Below are positions 53,847 through 64,000 of a stretch of DNA of 64,000 nucleotides, one piece after another. The notes below the pieces were generated by a model. The model saw only the letters and a list, made by a program, of their open reading frames with translations. It had not been told where the DNA came from and made no database searches. Numbering within the stretch: the first letter of the stretch is position 1; every line of letters starts with the position of its first letter. Position numbers and translations under genes: made by a program. The DNA comes from Chloropicon primus (taxonomy: Eukaryota). The stretch is taken from positions 124,001 through 188,000 of the forward strand of contig CP060770.1 of NCBI GenBank assembly GCA_023205875.1, given 5' to 3'.

Positions 53847-54477
53847 CCTCCTCCTCTGTCGGTGACGACGGTGACAACGGTGACGATGATGCCGGTGGTT
53901 GGTTCGCTGGTGGTGCACAACCCCAATCGTGTCCGGAAGAACAAGAAGAGCCCCTCGAAACAAAACAAAAAACCGTGCAAGTCCACAACCACAACCAGAA
54001 GTAGAGAAGAGACGGAGCAAGCCTCGTGCCTCCCCCTCGGGAGCGCGCGCACGCCACGACCGAGCGAGAGCGAGAAACAACAACGAACGACGACGAAGCC
54101 CCGCCGTGCTCAGCCGTTACGATCGGTTACACTCCTGCTGCCTGTATAACGTCTTTCTTCGAACGATCGGAGATAAGATCGGCCGAGATTCTCATTGGTC
54201 CAAAAACGAGATCTGCTTATCTCATTATTAACGGCCGAGTGGGGTTCGAGAGAGGGCAGAGAAGAGTTTTGTGTAACGGAGGTGAGTGCGAGGTTAATGG
54301 GGAGATGTCCTTGAGGCGGGTGACAGGACGAATCGTCGTCTCTTGCCCTTTCGAAAGAGCTGTCGCTCGAGGCGAATGGATCCCGTGGCGAGATTCTAAC
54401 CGTGTTTTCTTGTCCTCTCTTGTTTCTTTCTCGTGATTGCTTGCTTGGGACAGAAGGGAAGAGGCAGACGACGAAGG

Positions 54478-55369
54478 ATGATCCAGGCGAGGAACACCAC
54501 CACCATGAGCGCGAACAAGGCCGCCAAGAGAGTCTTGCCTGTTGCCGCATCCAGGAAGGCATCCAGGAGGAACGTGAGGGTTGCTGCCAGCTCGAGCGAG
54601 GACCAGGTCCAAGTGGTGAGTGTGGAGCGGTGGGGCACGAGAGGCTCTCGGGGAGCGAGGCTGACACGATTCCTTTGAACTCTCTTTCTTTCTTTCTCTG
54701 TCTGTCTGTCTGTCAACTTTGAAGCACCGCCGCGCGTTGCTGAGCTCCTTGTCCCTGGCCCTGCCGCTGGCGGTGAGCGCTCAGCCATCTCTTGCCGCGT
54801 ACGGCGACGCCGCCAACGTCTTTGGGTCCAAGACTGGAAACTTCAGTGGAGCCACCGACTACGAGGGCGACGGGTACAAGGTGGCTCTGCCAGCCAACTG
54901 GAACCCATCCAAGGAGAGACCCTTCCCTGGCATCGACCTGAGGTACGTCGACAGCTTTGATGACGTGAACAACTTGGAGGTCATCGTGCAGAAGAGCAGC
55001 AAGGGGAGCATCACGGACTCTTCTCCACAGGAGTTCCTGCAAAGCATTGGATACATCTTGGGAGAGACTTCCGCCAAGGTCGAGTCCAAGTCCGAGGGAG
55101 GCTTCGCCGCCAACAAGGCCGCCGCCGCCTCTGTCCTGAGCACCAACACCAGGAAGGATGGCAACGGCAAGTCCTACTACGAGTACGAGCTCCTCATCAG
55201 GACCGCCGACGGCAACGAGGGTGGGAGGCACCAGCTGATCTCCGCCGCGGTGAGCAAGGGCAACTTGTACGTCCTGAGGGTTCAGGCCGGCGACAAGAGG
55301 TGGATCGGAGTCGGCAAGGGCGTGAGGGAAGGCTGCATCAACGCCTGGAACTCCTTCACCGTCGCCTAA
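54478..55369 (+). CDS. PSBP: PsbP (OEE2) paralogue 1, 2 exons
   Basis: AYGDAANVFG, WNPSKE, RTADGNEGGRHQLI, QAGDKRW; intron 54616-54724. Confidence 0.93.
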
Positions 55370-56337
55370 ATTTGGATTGGGCGTCGCCTTAGACCTTGCG
55401 TGCGAGGCCTTGGATAGGAGACAGAAAAGGAGCTTGGTTTCCATGGCAGCTTGCCGCTTGGAGAGGATTTTAGCAATTTGATATCGCACATCGTTCGAAG
55501 AGGTCGTCGATTCTCGATGCCGCCGCAAGAGACTGAAGATTGTTTTTGATTTTGCCGCCTGTAACGCGAGACGTGTAAAACCATTTTGGACGCACGCTCC
55601 CCCGACTCTCCCGATTTCGATCCTTGCTTTTTCTTTCCCCTTCACGAGCGCGAGGCGGCCTTGATCGGAGGCCGGAGGCGTCCTCCTCCTCCTGCTGGTG
55701 GTGGTGTCGGTGTTGGTGAGACGATGATCCAAAACAAAACAATGGGCTGGGTGGTCATCATCATCGTCGTCCTCTCGATTGAAACGTCCATATCCATGTG
55801 GAAGAGAGAGAGAGAGAGAGAGATGGTGGTCTGGACAAGTAACGTCACTGATCCCACCGTGAGGGGGAGGTTTCTCTCCCTGGCCTCTGGCTTCTGGACA
55901 GACTTCACTGACTTCATCTCTCTTGATCTCTCTCCCTCGATCAAATATCGCAGATCAAAAGTATATTGGGTTGTGATTGGGTGGCCTGGCCTCCCACCGG
56001 GATAACTGTGAGTCCCTTGCTGTGCTCTCAACTTTCGTGGAAACGTGGAGACCCTATCGCTCGGCTTGCATCGAGAGGCGTTATGCAAAAAGGAGGGAAA
56101 CAACTCCAAGTCTAACATCTATCGTCAAACCATGGATTCGCTGTTGTGCCATGTGTTCCACGGGAGAAGTTCCATTCGACGTGGGGGAAGAACTCTTCGC
56201 GAGACGTCTCCCAGTGGAAACGGGGCGACTCCTTTGCTTTGATTGGTGGGAATCAAGATCTTATCGTCCAGTGAGAGCAGGTGAACGAGCATAAGACGAT
56301 TGAGACGACCGACGCAACGGTGAACGAGAGCGAGAAG

Positions 56338-57491
56338 ATGGCTTCCAAGATGTCGACTTGCACCAGGAACAAGCTGGTGACCTCCCAGGTGGGCGCACGC
56401 AGGTGCCTCGCCGTGAGAGCCACCTCCAACAACAAGCAGGACAACGCCACTCAGGTAAGGAGCAAGCTCTAGCTCTAGCTCTAGCTCTCTCTCTCTCTCT
56501 CACACACACACCACCCAAGGAGAAAACGATGCTTTCTTCTTGTCAAAAATCAGAACCACCGTGGCTGTGGCACGCACTGACTCCCATCCCCATCCCCATC
56601 CCCATCCCTATTCACTTTGCTGGCTGCTTGTCTTGTTCCATGCCGTTTGGGTGTCCAGGTAAGGAGCAAGCAAGAACAAGCCCCTTCCTTCCTTCTTGAC
56701 TCATCCCCCCAAACCACAACTTCCACAACTCGATGATGAATGTGGCACACACTGACTCGGAAGCTCCTCCTCCTCGTCCCTTCTAATGCATTGGATTGGG
56801 TATTCCATCCACATCATGTTCATTCATCAAGGTTGAGTCTTGTGTGACTCGCAGAGGAGTCTTCAGCCTCTTCGCCGGAGCAGCAGCTTTGGCGGTGAAT
56901 GCTCAGCCATCTCTTGCCGCGTACGGCGACGCCGCCAACGTCTTTGGGTCCAAGACTGGAAACTTCAGTGGAGCCACCGACTACGAGGGCGACGGGTACA
57001 AGGTGGCTCTGCCAGCCAACTGGAACCCATCCAAGGAGAGACCCTTCCCTGGCATCGACCTGAGGTACGTCGACAGCTTTGATGACGTGAACAACTTGGA
57101 GGTCATCGTGCAGAAGAGCAGCAAGGGGAGCATCACGGACTCTTCTCCACAGGAGTTCCTGCAAAGCATTGGATACATCTTGGGAGAGACTTCCGCCAAG
57201 GTCGAGTCCAAGTCCGAGGGAGGCTTCGCCGCCAACAAGGCCGCCGCCGCCTCTGTCCTGAGCACCAACACCAGGAAGGATGGCAACGGCAAGTCCTACT
57301 ACGAGTACGAGCTCCTCATCAGGACCGCCGACGGCAACGAGGGTGGGAGGCACCAGCTGATCTCCGCCGCGGTGAGCAAGGGCAACTTGTACGTCCTGAG
57401 GGTTCAGGCCGGCGACAAGAGGTGGATCGGAGTCGGCAAGGGCGTGAGGGAAGGCTGCATCAACGCCTGGAACTCCTTCACCGTCGCCTAA
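56338..57491 (+). CDS. PSBP: PsbP (OEE2) paralogue 2, 2 exons
   Basis: Mature region same as paralogue 1; own transit-peptide exon 56338-56454, intron 56455-56831. Confidence 0.93.
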
Positions 57492-57622
57492 GTTGCTTTA
57501 GGAGGGGCGAGCAAACACGAATCAATCAAATCCTAGACGACGGCAACGGCGTTGCGAATAAAAGTTTAATGACACGGATCTCTTAGCCTTTTCCAAGTCC
57601 CCACAGACCGAGCACAGGAGCA

Positions 57623-57661
<39 letters not shown>

Positions 57662-57664
57662 CAA

Positions 57665-58271
57665 TCACGAGGTTATCCCTTCCCCTTCCTTGGTGAGGAG
57701 GCGTCGCTTCAGCCACGTGAATGCTTTCCTGTACAACGTCGTCGTCGGCGGAGAGGATGAGGTTGCCTGGTAGCTCCTGACTCCTGCCTTGGCAAGCTGC
57801 TTCTGCACCCAAGGGATGTCGTCCACCGTGTCGAAGACGGGTCCTATCACGGGCAGCATCTTGACCAGCCTGATGAGCGTGGAGAGGAAGCCCTCGTAGT
57901 TCCCCGTCAGAAGGAGCCAGATGGCGTAGCACTGAAGCAGGAACCCCACCAGGGCCGAGACGCGTGTGATGAGGAACAAACCAAGGAAGAACGCCACCGT
58001 TCCTCGACGGTTTCCTTTGGTCAAGAAGCACATCCTCAGCGTGTCCTCCACTCCGAACGTCAGCAGGACCCTAATGAGGGGAAGGGACGGAGAGGTCAGC
58101 AGCTAATCCTTGTCTCCGAGGCAAGGGAGAGAGAGGGAGAGCGTACCCTGGTATGAAGAACCAGTTGCCTGTCTTCATGAGAGAGGCGTTGAAGAAGAGC
58201 AAGGCGCCGAGGAACATGAATCCCACTCCTATCGCCGTCAGGACGTAACCCAAGAGGACCGCCATCGCCAT
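57665..58271 (-). CDS. GOT1: Got1-family vesicle transport protein, 2 exons
   Basis: G..LTAIGVGFMFLGALLFFNASLMKTGNWFFIPG|VLLTFG...RGTVAFFLG...LPVIG; intron ~58072-58146. Confidence 0.85.
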
Positions 58272-59297
58272 GATCCTCAAATCCCCGCCACTGCGTCGTT
58301 TCCTTTGCGCGACGGCTCGTTCGAAAGAGCACGAAACGACGACGACGACAACTTTCCTGTCCTCTGCTTCTCTCTCTTCCTCCGCCGCGCGCTCCCGTCC
58401 TCTTCGTTTCTCTCTCGTCTCCTCCTCGTTCGCCCTCGTGCTCGCCCGTTATGACTCAGCGGAAGGGAGAAATCCACCAGAAGAGAAAGAGCAAAGGGGT
58501 CGCCAAGAGAGAGAGAGAGAGAGGAGAGGGAGAGAGAGGAGAGAAGGAGGACACATCACAAACACAACAACAACCATAATAATCCACCAGGACCTTGGTT
58601 GAGGATCTCTTGTTGTTTTGACTCCTCCACGCTCCACTACTTCCATAGTGTGAGAAGGACAAAGGTAAGGCGAAGCTTAGGACAGAGGTAAGGTTGGCTC
58701 GATTGAAGAGAGAGAGGGACAGTGGGGACGAGGGGAGACAGCAGCAAAAGGAGCGTGGATGTGGATCGAGTTGTTGTGCCGAGACCTTTCCCTTCACGAG
58801 GAGGAAACAAAGAGCATTCCGGTTCTTTATCCATCATTCTCTACAAGACGTTCAAACCCACGTGCTCCCCACGTTTTCTGCCAAGAGTTTGTGGCTCTTA
58901 TCGATCGATCACACAGAACGAGAGACGGCGAGGACGACGACGACGACGACGAGGTAAGCGCTTGGTTTTTCATGGATCGACCGCCGAGTGATCGAGAAGG
59001 AAGCGGCGGACGACGTCGTTCTCCTCGCATTCGCGTTCCTCTCGTCATCATGAGCATCACCACCTTTGCAGAGTTTCGAGGAGGAGGAGGATTTTGGAGT
59101 CTCGTCTCTTTATCGTCTCGTGCTCGTGCTCGTGTTCTGCTCTAAGTTGGGAAGAGTCTTGGTGTGACTCGAGGACGAAGAAGCTTGGAGAGGCATCGTT
59201 CGTCGCCTCTTGCGTTCCTCGCCTTCTCTCGCTCGTCATTTTGACTCCAGCATCGTCGCTGACTTTTGCTTCTGGTTTTCCTGCTCCTGCTGCTGCT

Positions 59298-59328
<31 letters not shown>

Positions 59329-59375
59329 AGCACTTCAGGAAAACCTTGATCAGTTGAAGAGAAATAGCGGACGTT

Positions 59376-60158
59376 ATGAGCGTTACGAACAAGTTTGCAT
59401 CGTCCTGCAGCAGGGTTGTCCCTGCCGGAACCAGAGGGGTGAGCCGCAGCGTGGCCGCCCGAGCCTTGTCCAAGGACAAGAGCCCGAACGTGACCAGTGA
59501 CCAGAAGGTCGTGTCCAGGAGGGCTTCCTTGAGTCTCTTGGCCGGAGCCGCTGCTTTGGCTTTGAACGATCAGCCATCTCTTGCCGCTTACGGTGAGGCT
59601 GCCAATGTTTTCGGCAGCAAGAGCGGCAACTTCACTGGATTCACTCCGTACGAGGGCGATGGGTATACGATCCTCCTTCCGGCAAAGTGGAACCCATCCA
59701 AGGAGAGGGACTTTCCTGGGACTGACTTGAGGTACGAGGACAACTTTGACGCGGTCAACAACCTCATTGTCACCATCAACCCAACCTCCAAGAGCAAGAT
59801 CACCGACTTTGGTGGCCAGGAAGCGTTCTTGAACGAGTTCTCCTACCTCTTGGGCAACAGCGCGCTCTCCACCGGCTTCGAGTCCAGGTCCGAGGGCGGC
59901 TTCAAGGCCAACACCATTGCCGCGGCGAGCATTTTGGGAACCAACATCAGGAAGGACAAGGACGGGAAGGAGTACTACACGTACGAGATCCTGACGAGGA
60001 CCGCTGATGGAGATGAGGGCGGAAGGCACCAGCTGATCGCCGCGACGGTGAGCAAGGGCAAGTTGTACATCGTCAAGATCCAGGCCGGCGACAAGAGATG
60101 GTTCAAGGGTGCCAAGGTCGAGTGCTTGGGTTCCTGGGACTCCTTCACCGTCGCTTAA
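59376..60158 (+). CDS. PSBP: PsbP (OEE2) paralogue 3, canonical type, intronless
   Basis: AYGEAANVFG, LRYEDNFDA, RTADGDEGGRHQLI, QAGDKRWFKGA. Confidence 0.96.
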   Translation: MSVTNKFASSCSRVVPAGTRGVSRSVAARALSKDKSPNVTSDQKVVSRRASLSLLAGAAALALNDQPSLAAYGEAANVFGSKSGNFTGFTPYEGDGYTILLPAKWNPSKERDFPGTDLRYEDNFDAVNNLIVTINPTSKSKITDFGGQEAFLNEFSYLLGNSALSTGFESRSEGGFKANTIAAASILGTNIRKDKDGKEYYTYEILTRTADGDEGGRHQLIAATVSKGKLYIVKIQAGDKRWFKGAKVECLGSWDSFTVA

Positions 60159-60458
60159 GTCCCTTGGACAAAACAAAACTTTCACAGAAAAAAGTAACAG
60201 ACCATCTCTCTCGTCCTAATCACACCACGGTAGCGAAGAGACCTTTGCAATCAAAATCCACACAGGCGTCGTGGACACAAACAAGCCCCGAGATCTTTCC
60301 GATGCCCCCTAGAACTAACTTTGTGCTCTCCACTGGGCAAGTGGGCACCCTTTTCCAAAGAGGAAGAGACAATCCATATCATGTGCATCCACCCTCCCTT
60401 CTCCCTCCCTCCCTTCCTCTTCCTCCCATCCATCCATCCATCCCTTGAACTGTCGCTC

Positions 60459-60498
<40 letters not shown>

Positions 60499-60655
60499 AG
60501 AGGAAAGGGAGGGGCGGAAGGTCATCGCAAGCTCCTCCGTCTCGTGACGCTCTTTCGAATGAGCCTGAGCTTGAACGGAGTAACGCTCTGAGCAAGATTC
60601 GACGCTCAGAACAGGACGAGAGAGACAGAGGAGAGAGAGAGAGAGGAGGTGATCG

Positions 60656-61617
60656 ATGGGGTGGCTAGCTTGCGCAGGATACACCCTAGTAGGTGCTGGT
60701 CCACCTGCTGCCGTCTTCTTCGAGTTCATCGTCTCGTCACCTTTTGTTTTGCTCCTCGCACTCGCCAGTGCTTTCTTTTGGGTCTCTGTCCTTCTGGCCA
60801 ACAGCATCGTGTGGAGGATCGTGGCATGGATGGCGGAGGGCAAGGGAGAGGCGTCTCCGTCCTTCGGCTGGCTCACCGTTCTGCCGCTCTTGAGCTTCTT
60901 CATCAGCGAAGAAATCCTGAGACCGGTTGTACACAAACAGACGGACAGAGCCACTGCAGCTTTGGAGAGGAGAGCAGTGAGGTAAGGGAGGAAGGGGACG
61001 CCAAGGGGTGCGTTGTCGTTGGAAAGGCCATGGCGTTCTCTTTCGAATGAGCCCTCGCTTGGGGGGATTGGCGGCCATGGCGAGGAGTTGTGAAACTAAA
61101 CGCGCGGCGTACGACTTTTTCTGCTTTTGTTTTGTTTTGTCTTGTCAGCCTTCGGCACCCCAAGCTGACCAAGCTGGAGAGGCTGAGGATCTGGTTGGGC
61201 ATTGGTGCTGGTCAGGGGGTCGCGCACTCGTGCTTGTTCTTCCTCAACACTGTCATAACTTCATACAGGGGCACTTACTATAACAGAGACAGGTGTCCGC
61301 AAATGTCGTACTTCTTGGTTGCCGCGATAAGCAGTTGCACTATGTTCATGGTCCTCAGCTTTGCGATGGTCGTCACCAGCGTTGTGTACGAGTCTGGGTC
61401 TGGTGTCACGAACCCGGGCACGATCTCGACCGTGAAGGGGGCCAACCTCAAGAAACTGATTCCTTGCGGTCTTCACGGAGCGGCCGTCTTGACCTCGTTC
61501 ATCAGCCTGATGGAAGGAGGCTGCATCGTTTCGAGCATACTTAACGTGTGCTTGGTCGCTCTAACTATTTACCTGTCGTTCAAACTGGTCTCGTGCCTAG
61601 GGAAAGCTGCGCAGTAG
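60656..61617 (+). CDS. APH1: Gamma-secretase subunit APH-1-like, 2 exons
   Basis: GYTLVGAGP, LASAFFWVSVLL, EEILR, GIGAGQGVAHS (GxxxG), multiple TM helices; intron 60982-61148. Confidence 0.85.
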
Positions 61618-61843
61618 CCTCGCCTCGTTATCGCCGCTGCCGTAGGAGAAGTAGAACGTAACGGAAGCAGCACTCTAAGAGGAGAGCGAGAGCGAGAGGC
61701 CGGTCTTGCCTCGAAAGTCTGCTGTGTTGTGTGTGTAATGTATGAAAAAGTCAAAAGAAACCCAAACGATGTACCAAAAGTTTTAAAGCTTTCCATAAAG
61801 GTAACAGCTTTTTTCCCCAGCTCCACGAGAAGGCAGGGGCATC

Positions 61844-62749
61844 TCATTTGGTCACCAGGCCCGCCTCCGTGTCCCACTGCTTGGCGGCCTTGATGTCCCC
61901 GATTAAATTCTCGACCCTCTTGCTTTCCACCACAGAGTCAACGATGCCGTACTCGAGGGCATCCGCTGGTTGCATGTAAAGCGGCCTCTGCATGTCGCTA
62001 TTGAGCTTCTCCACCGTGTGACCCGTGTGCTTTGACAGTATGCCAAGCATGTCGTTCTTCTGCGCCTGAACCTCCCTGTTTCTGATGGCAATCTCAATCG
62101 CTTGCCTGCTCCCCGTCGCAGGGATCCTCGGCTGGTGAAGCATGGCGGTCGCGTTCGGAAGCATGGCTCTCTTGCCCTTCTGCCCGGCGGCGAGAATCAT
62201 GCAAGAGTTACCAATGGCCACGCCCACGTTGATGGTCGCGATATCGCTGCTCACGTAGTTCATCGTGTCGTAAATCGCCGTAGCCTCCGTCTCGAAGCCG
62301 ACGACCGAGCCATCGGCCCGGCACGTCCCTGTGCTGTTGATATACATGTAAATATCCTTGCCGGGTTCCTTGTACTGCAAGTACAGGAGCTGGGCGATGA
62401 TGAGCTCGCTCACCGCGCTCACGATGGGCATGCCAAGCCAAATGATCCTGGCGTCAAGAAGGATGGAAGGCAAGTCAGGGGGAGGCGTCTTCGCCCTGTG
62501 CTCGTCGTATCCGCCGCTCGCCGCTGCCGGAGCCCCGCTGTTCATGCTCGTCTCCGACCTCAAGTTCGGCAGCGTCAAGCCAGGAGGCACCCAAAGCTTC
62601 TCAGCTTCCAGCGCAGACCTCGTCACAACTCTGGACACTCTAGCACTCGCTCCTGGCACCCTCCTCCCGAGGTGAACCCGAGGCGAACCTCTTGCCTTGG
62701 CCACCTCCCTCGCACCTCCCTTGCATCTCGTGCCAACCTTCGTCAACAT
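61844..62749 (-). CDS. CLPR3: Plastid Clp protease non-catalytic subunit, ClpR3-like
   Basis: TPPPDLPSILLDARI, YINSTGT..DG..VG.ETE; GVAIGNSC lacks the catalytic Ser of the ClpP GxAASM motif. Confidence 0.88.
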   Translation of the reverse strand: MLTKVGTRCKGGAREVAKARGSPRVHLGRRVPGASARVSRVVTRSALEAEKLWVPPGLTLPNLRSETSMNSGAPAAASGGYDEHRAKTPPPDLPSILLDARIIWLGMPIVSAVSELIIAQLLYLQYKEPGKDIYMYINSTGTCRADGSVVGFETEATAIYDTMNYVSSDIATINVGVAIGNSCMILAAGQKGKRAMLPNATAMLHQPRIPATGSRQAIEIAIRNREVQAQKNDMLGILSKHTGHTVEKLNSDMQRPLYMQPADALEYGIVDSVVESKRVENLIGDIKAAKQWDTEAGLVTK

Positions 62750-62765
62750 CTCTCCCTCCCTCCTC

Positions 62766-63072
62766 GTTTCTCCCCTTTTCCTGCACCAATCCGGTCGACC
62801 AAACGACCAATCGAAAGAACTCGAGACAAGCTTTCGTTCCGTCCAACTCTCTCCCCTCCCCCGTGCCCTTATCCCTCCTCAAACTCCGTCCAAACACTCG
62901 CTCCACACGTCACAATTCGTCGTAATGACAACCCCTTTTTCTCTTTTCTCCCCTTTTCCTGCACCAATCCGGTCGACCAAACGATCAATCGAAAGGGCAA
63001 GAGACAAGCTTTCGTTCTGTTTCACTCCCTTTCCTTTCCCTCGCCCTCCTCCTGCCTCAAACTCCCTCCAAA
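62766..63072. repeat. Duplicated ~125-bp upstream segment of ClpR3 (offset ~178 bp)
   Basis: tttctccccttttcctgcaccaatccggtcgaccaaacga...gaaag...gagacaagctttcgttc at ~62767 and ~62945. Confidence 0.9.
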
Positions 63073-63269
63073 GACAACGCAACACACGAAACACGTCACG
63101 AGGACCCCAAACGCCGACTCTTATCTAGAGGGACAGATCTCCGTTTTCCTTTCGAGTTCCTGCGACGGAGGAGAACACATAGGTGAGTGATGGGGAGGAG
63201 AAGCACGACGATGGATGGATGGATGAACGGATGGAATCCTCGTGCTCTCCTCTTTCCAATGAGCCCTCG

Positions 63270-63552
63270 CTTGAGAAAAATGACAAACGGACGAGGATCT
63301 GACAAGACGAATGGTTTTGTTCTTGTGGTTTGATTGCAGTGACACAGGTAAGGGCAAGGGGCGATGAGGTCGAGGGGACGCACGAAGAGGGAGAGAGGGA
63401 GGGAGGGATAGATTCTATAGCTCGCGATCTTTCCAAGGAGACCTCGGTCGAGAAAGATGACAAAGGGACGAGGATCTGACGCGACGAATCAATCGTTTTG
63501 CTCTGTTTGATTCCAGCCCGTCCAGTGACAACACAGGTAAGCGCAAGGGACG
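63270..63552. repeat. Diverged direct repeat (~90 bp x2)
   Basis: gagaaaRatgacaaa.ggacgaggatctgac...cagtgacac..aggtaag at ~63273 and ~63450. Confidence 0.75.
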
Positions 63553-64000
63553 TTGCAGGCGATGCATACGAGGGAAGGGGCGAGAGGAAGGGCCACCGAT
63601 CCGTCCACTGTCCTCTTTATCTTTCTGCTGGCAGAGCCACTCGATGGGATTGGCCGAGGACTCGTACTGAAGCGCAAGCACACTCTTGGTTGGTCTTCGC
63701 CTGGTTTCGTTGCTTCTCTCTCTCTCTGCTGCCAGTGCTTGGTCAGTTTGCCCCTTTGCTGCGAGGCATGAGATACATCCCAAAGACGTCCAATTGCATC
63801 AAAAGGTATTCAAGCGTGAAGCATTTGGAAGCTTTTTCGATCCATTCCATCGCGAGGCAGGAGCGCGGAGACTCCTCTCCACAGAGGCCAAGGCGAACAC
63901 AGTTCGGGGCGAGGGCGGCAGCGTGGTTTGGTCTTCCAGCGGGTTCAGTTCAGGGGTCGAGGGAATTTTCGGACAAGTTCAGGTTCACGAGGGGAAGGCC

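Noticed and set aside
1..64000. Abundant (GA)n, (CTG)n, (GAC)n, (CAT)n microsatellites
   Set aside because: Background feature of introns and spacers throughout; not individually informative

Overview
Gene-dense, intron-poor nuclear DNA of a photosynthetic eukaryote. Short GT-AG introns, plastid-targeted Calvin-cycle, PsbP and ClpR genes and (GA)n-rich spacers point to a small green alga. A Chloropicon-like picoplanktonic chlorophyte is my inference from style, not a database result. About 30 protein genes are supported: XPD, an ankyrin-repeat gene, CYP26-2-like, a single-exon 3187-aa secreted protein, RSPH10B-like, DnaJ, CrtI-type desaturase, GNAT, UhpC-type transporter, PRK, RPE, RED/SMU2, DGAT2, Mis18-like, alpha/beta-hydrolase, uS17, ATG6, XRCC4-like, DUF629-like, Kazal protein, LMW-PTP, three PsbP, Got1, APH-1 and ClpR3. 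I found no rRNA, tRNA, CRISPR array or transposase. The most notable observations are: (1) a dyad motif GAAAG-N13-CTTTC with 8 exact and many near copies, all in intergenic/5' DNA; (2) two dispersed non-coding element families, one hairpin-rich and one forming a ~670-bp foldback; (3) a UhpC-PRK-RPE cluster whose RPE has Gln at both canonical metal-binding His positions; (4) a bacterial/fungal-type CrtI; (5) PsbP paralogues sharing a 591-bp identical block. All family assignments come from motif recognition by eye; no searches were run.
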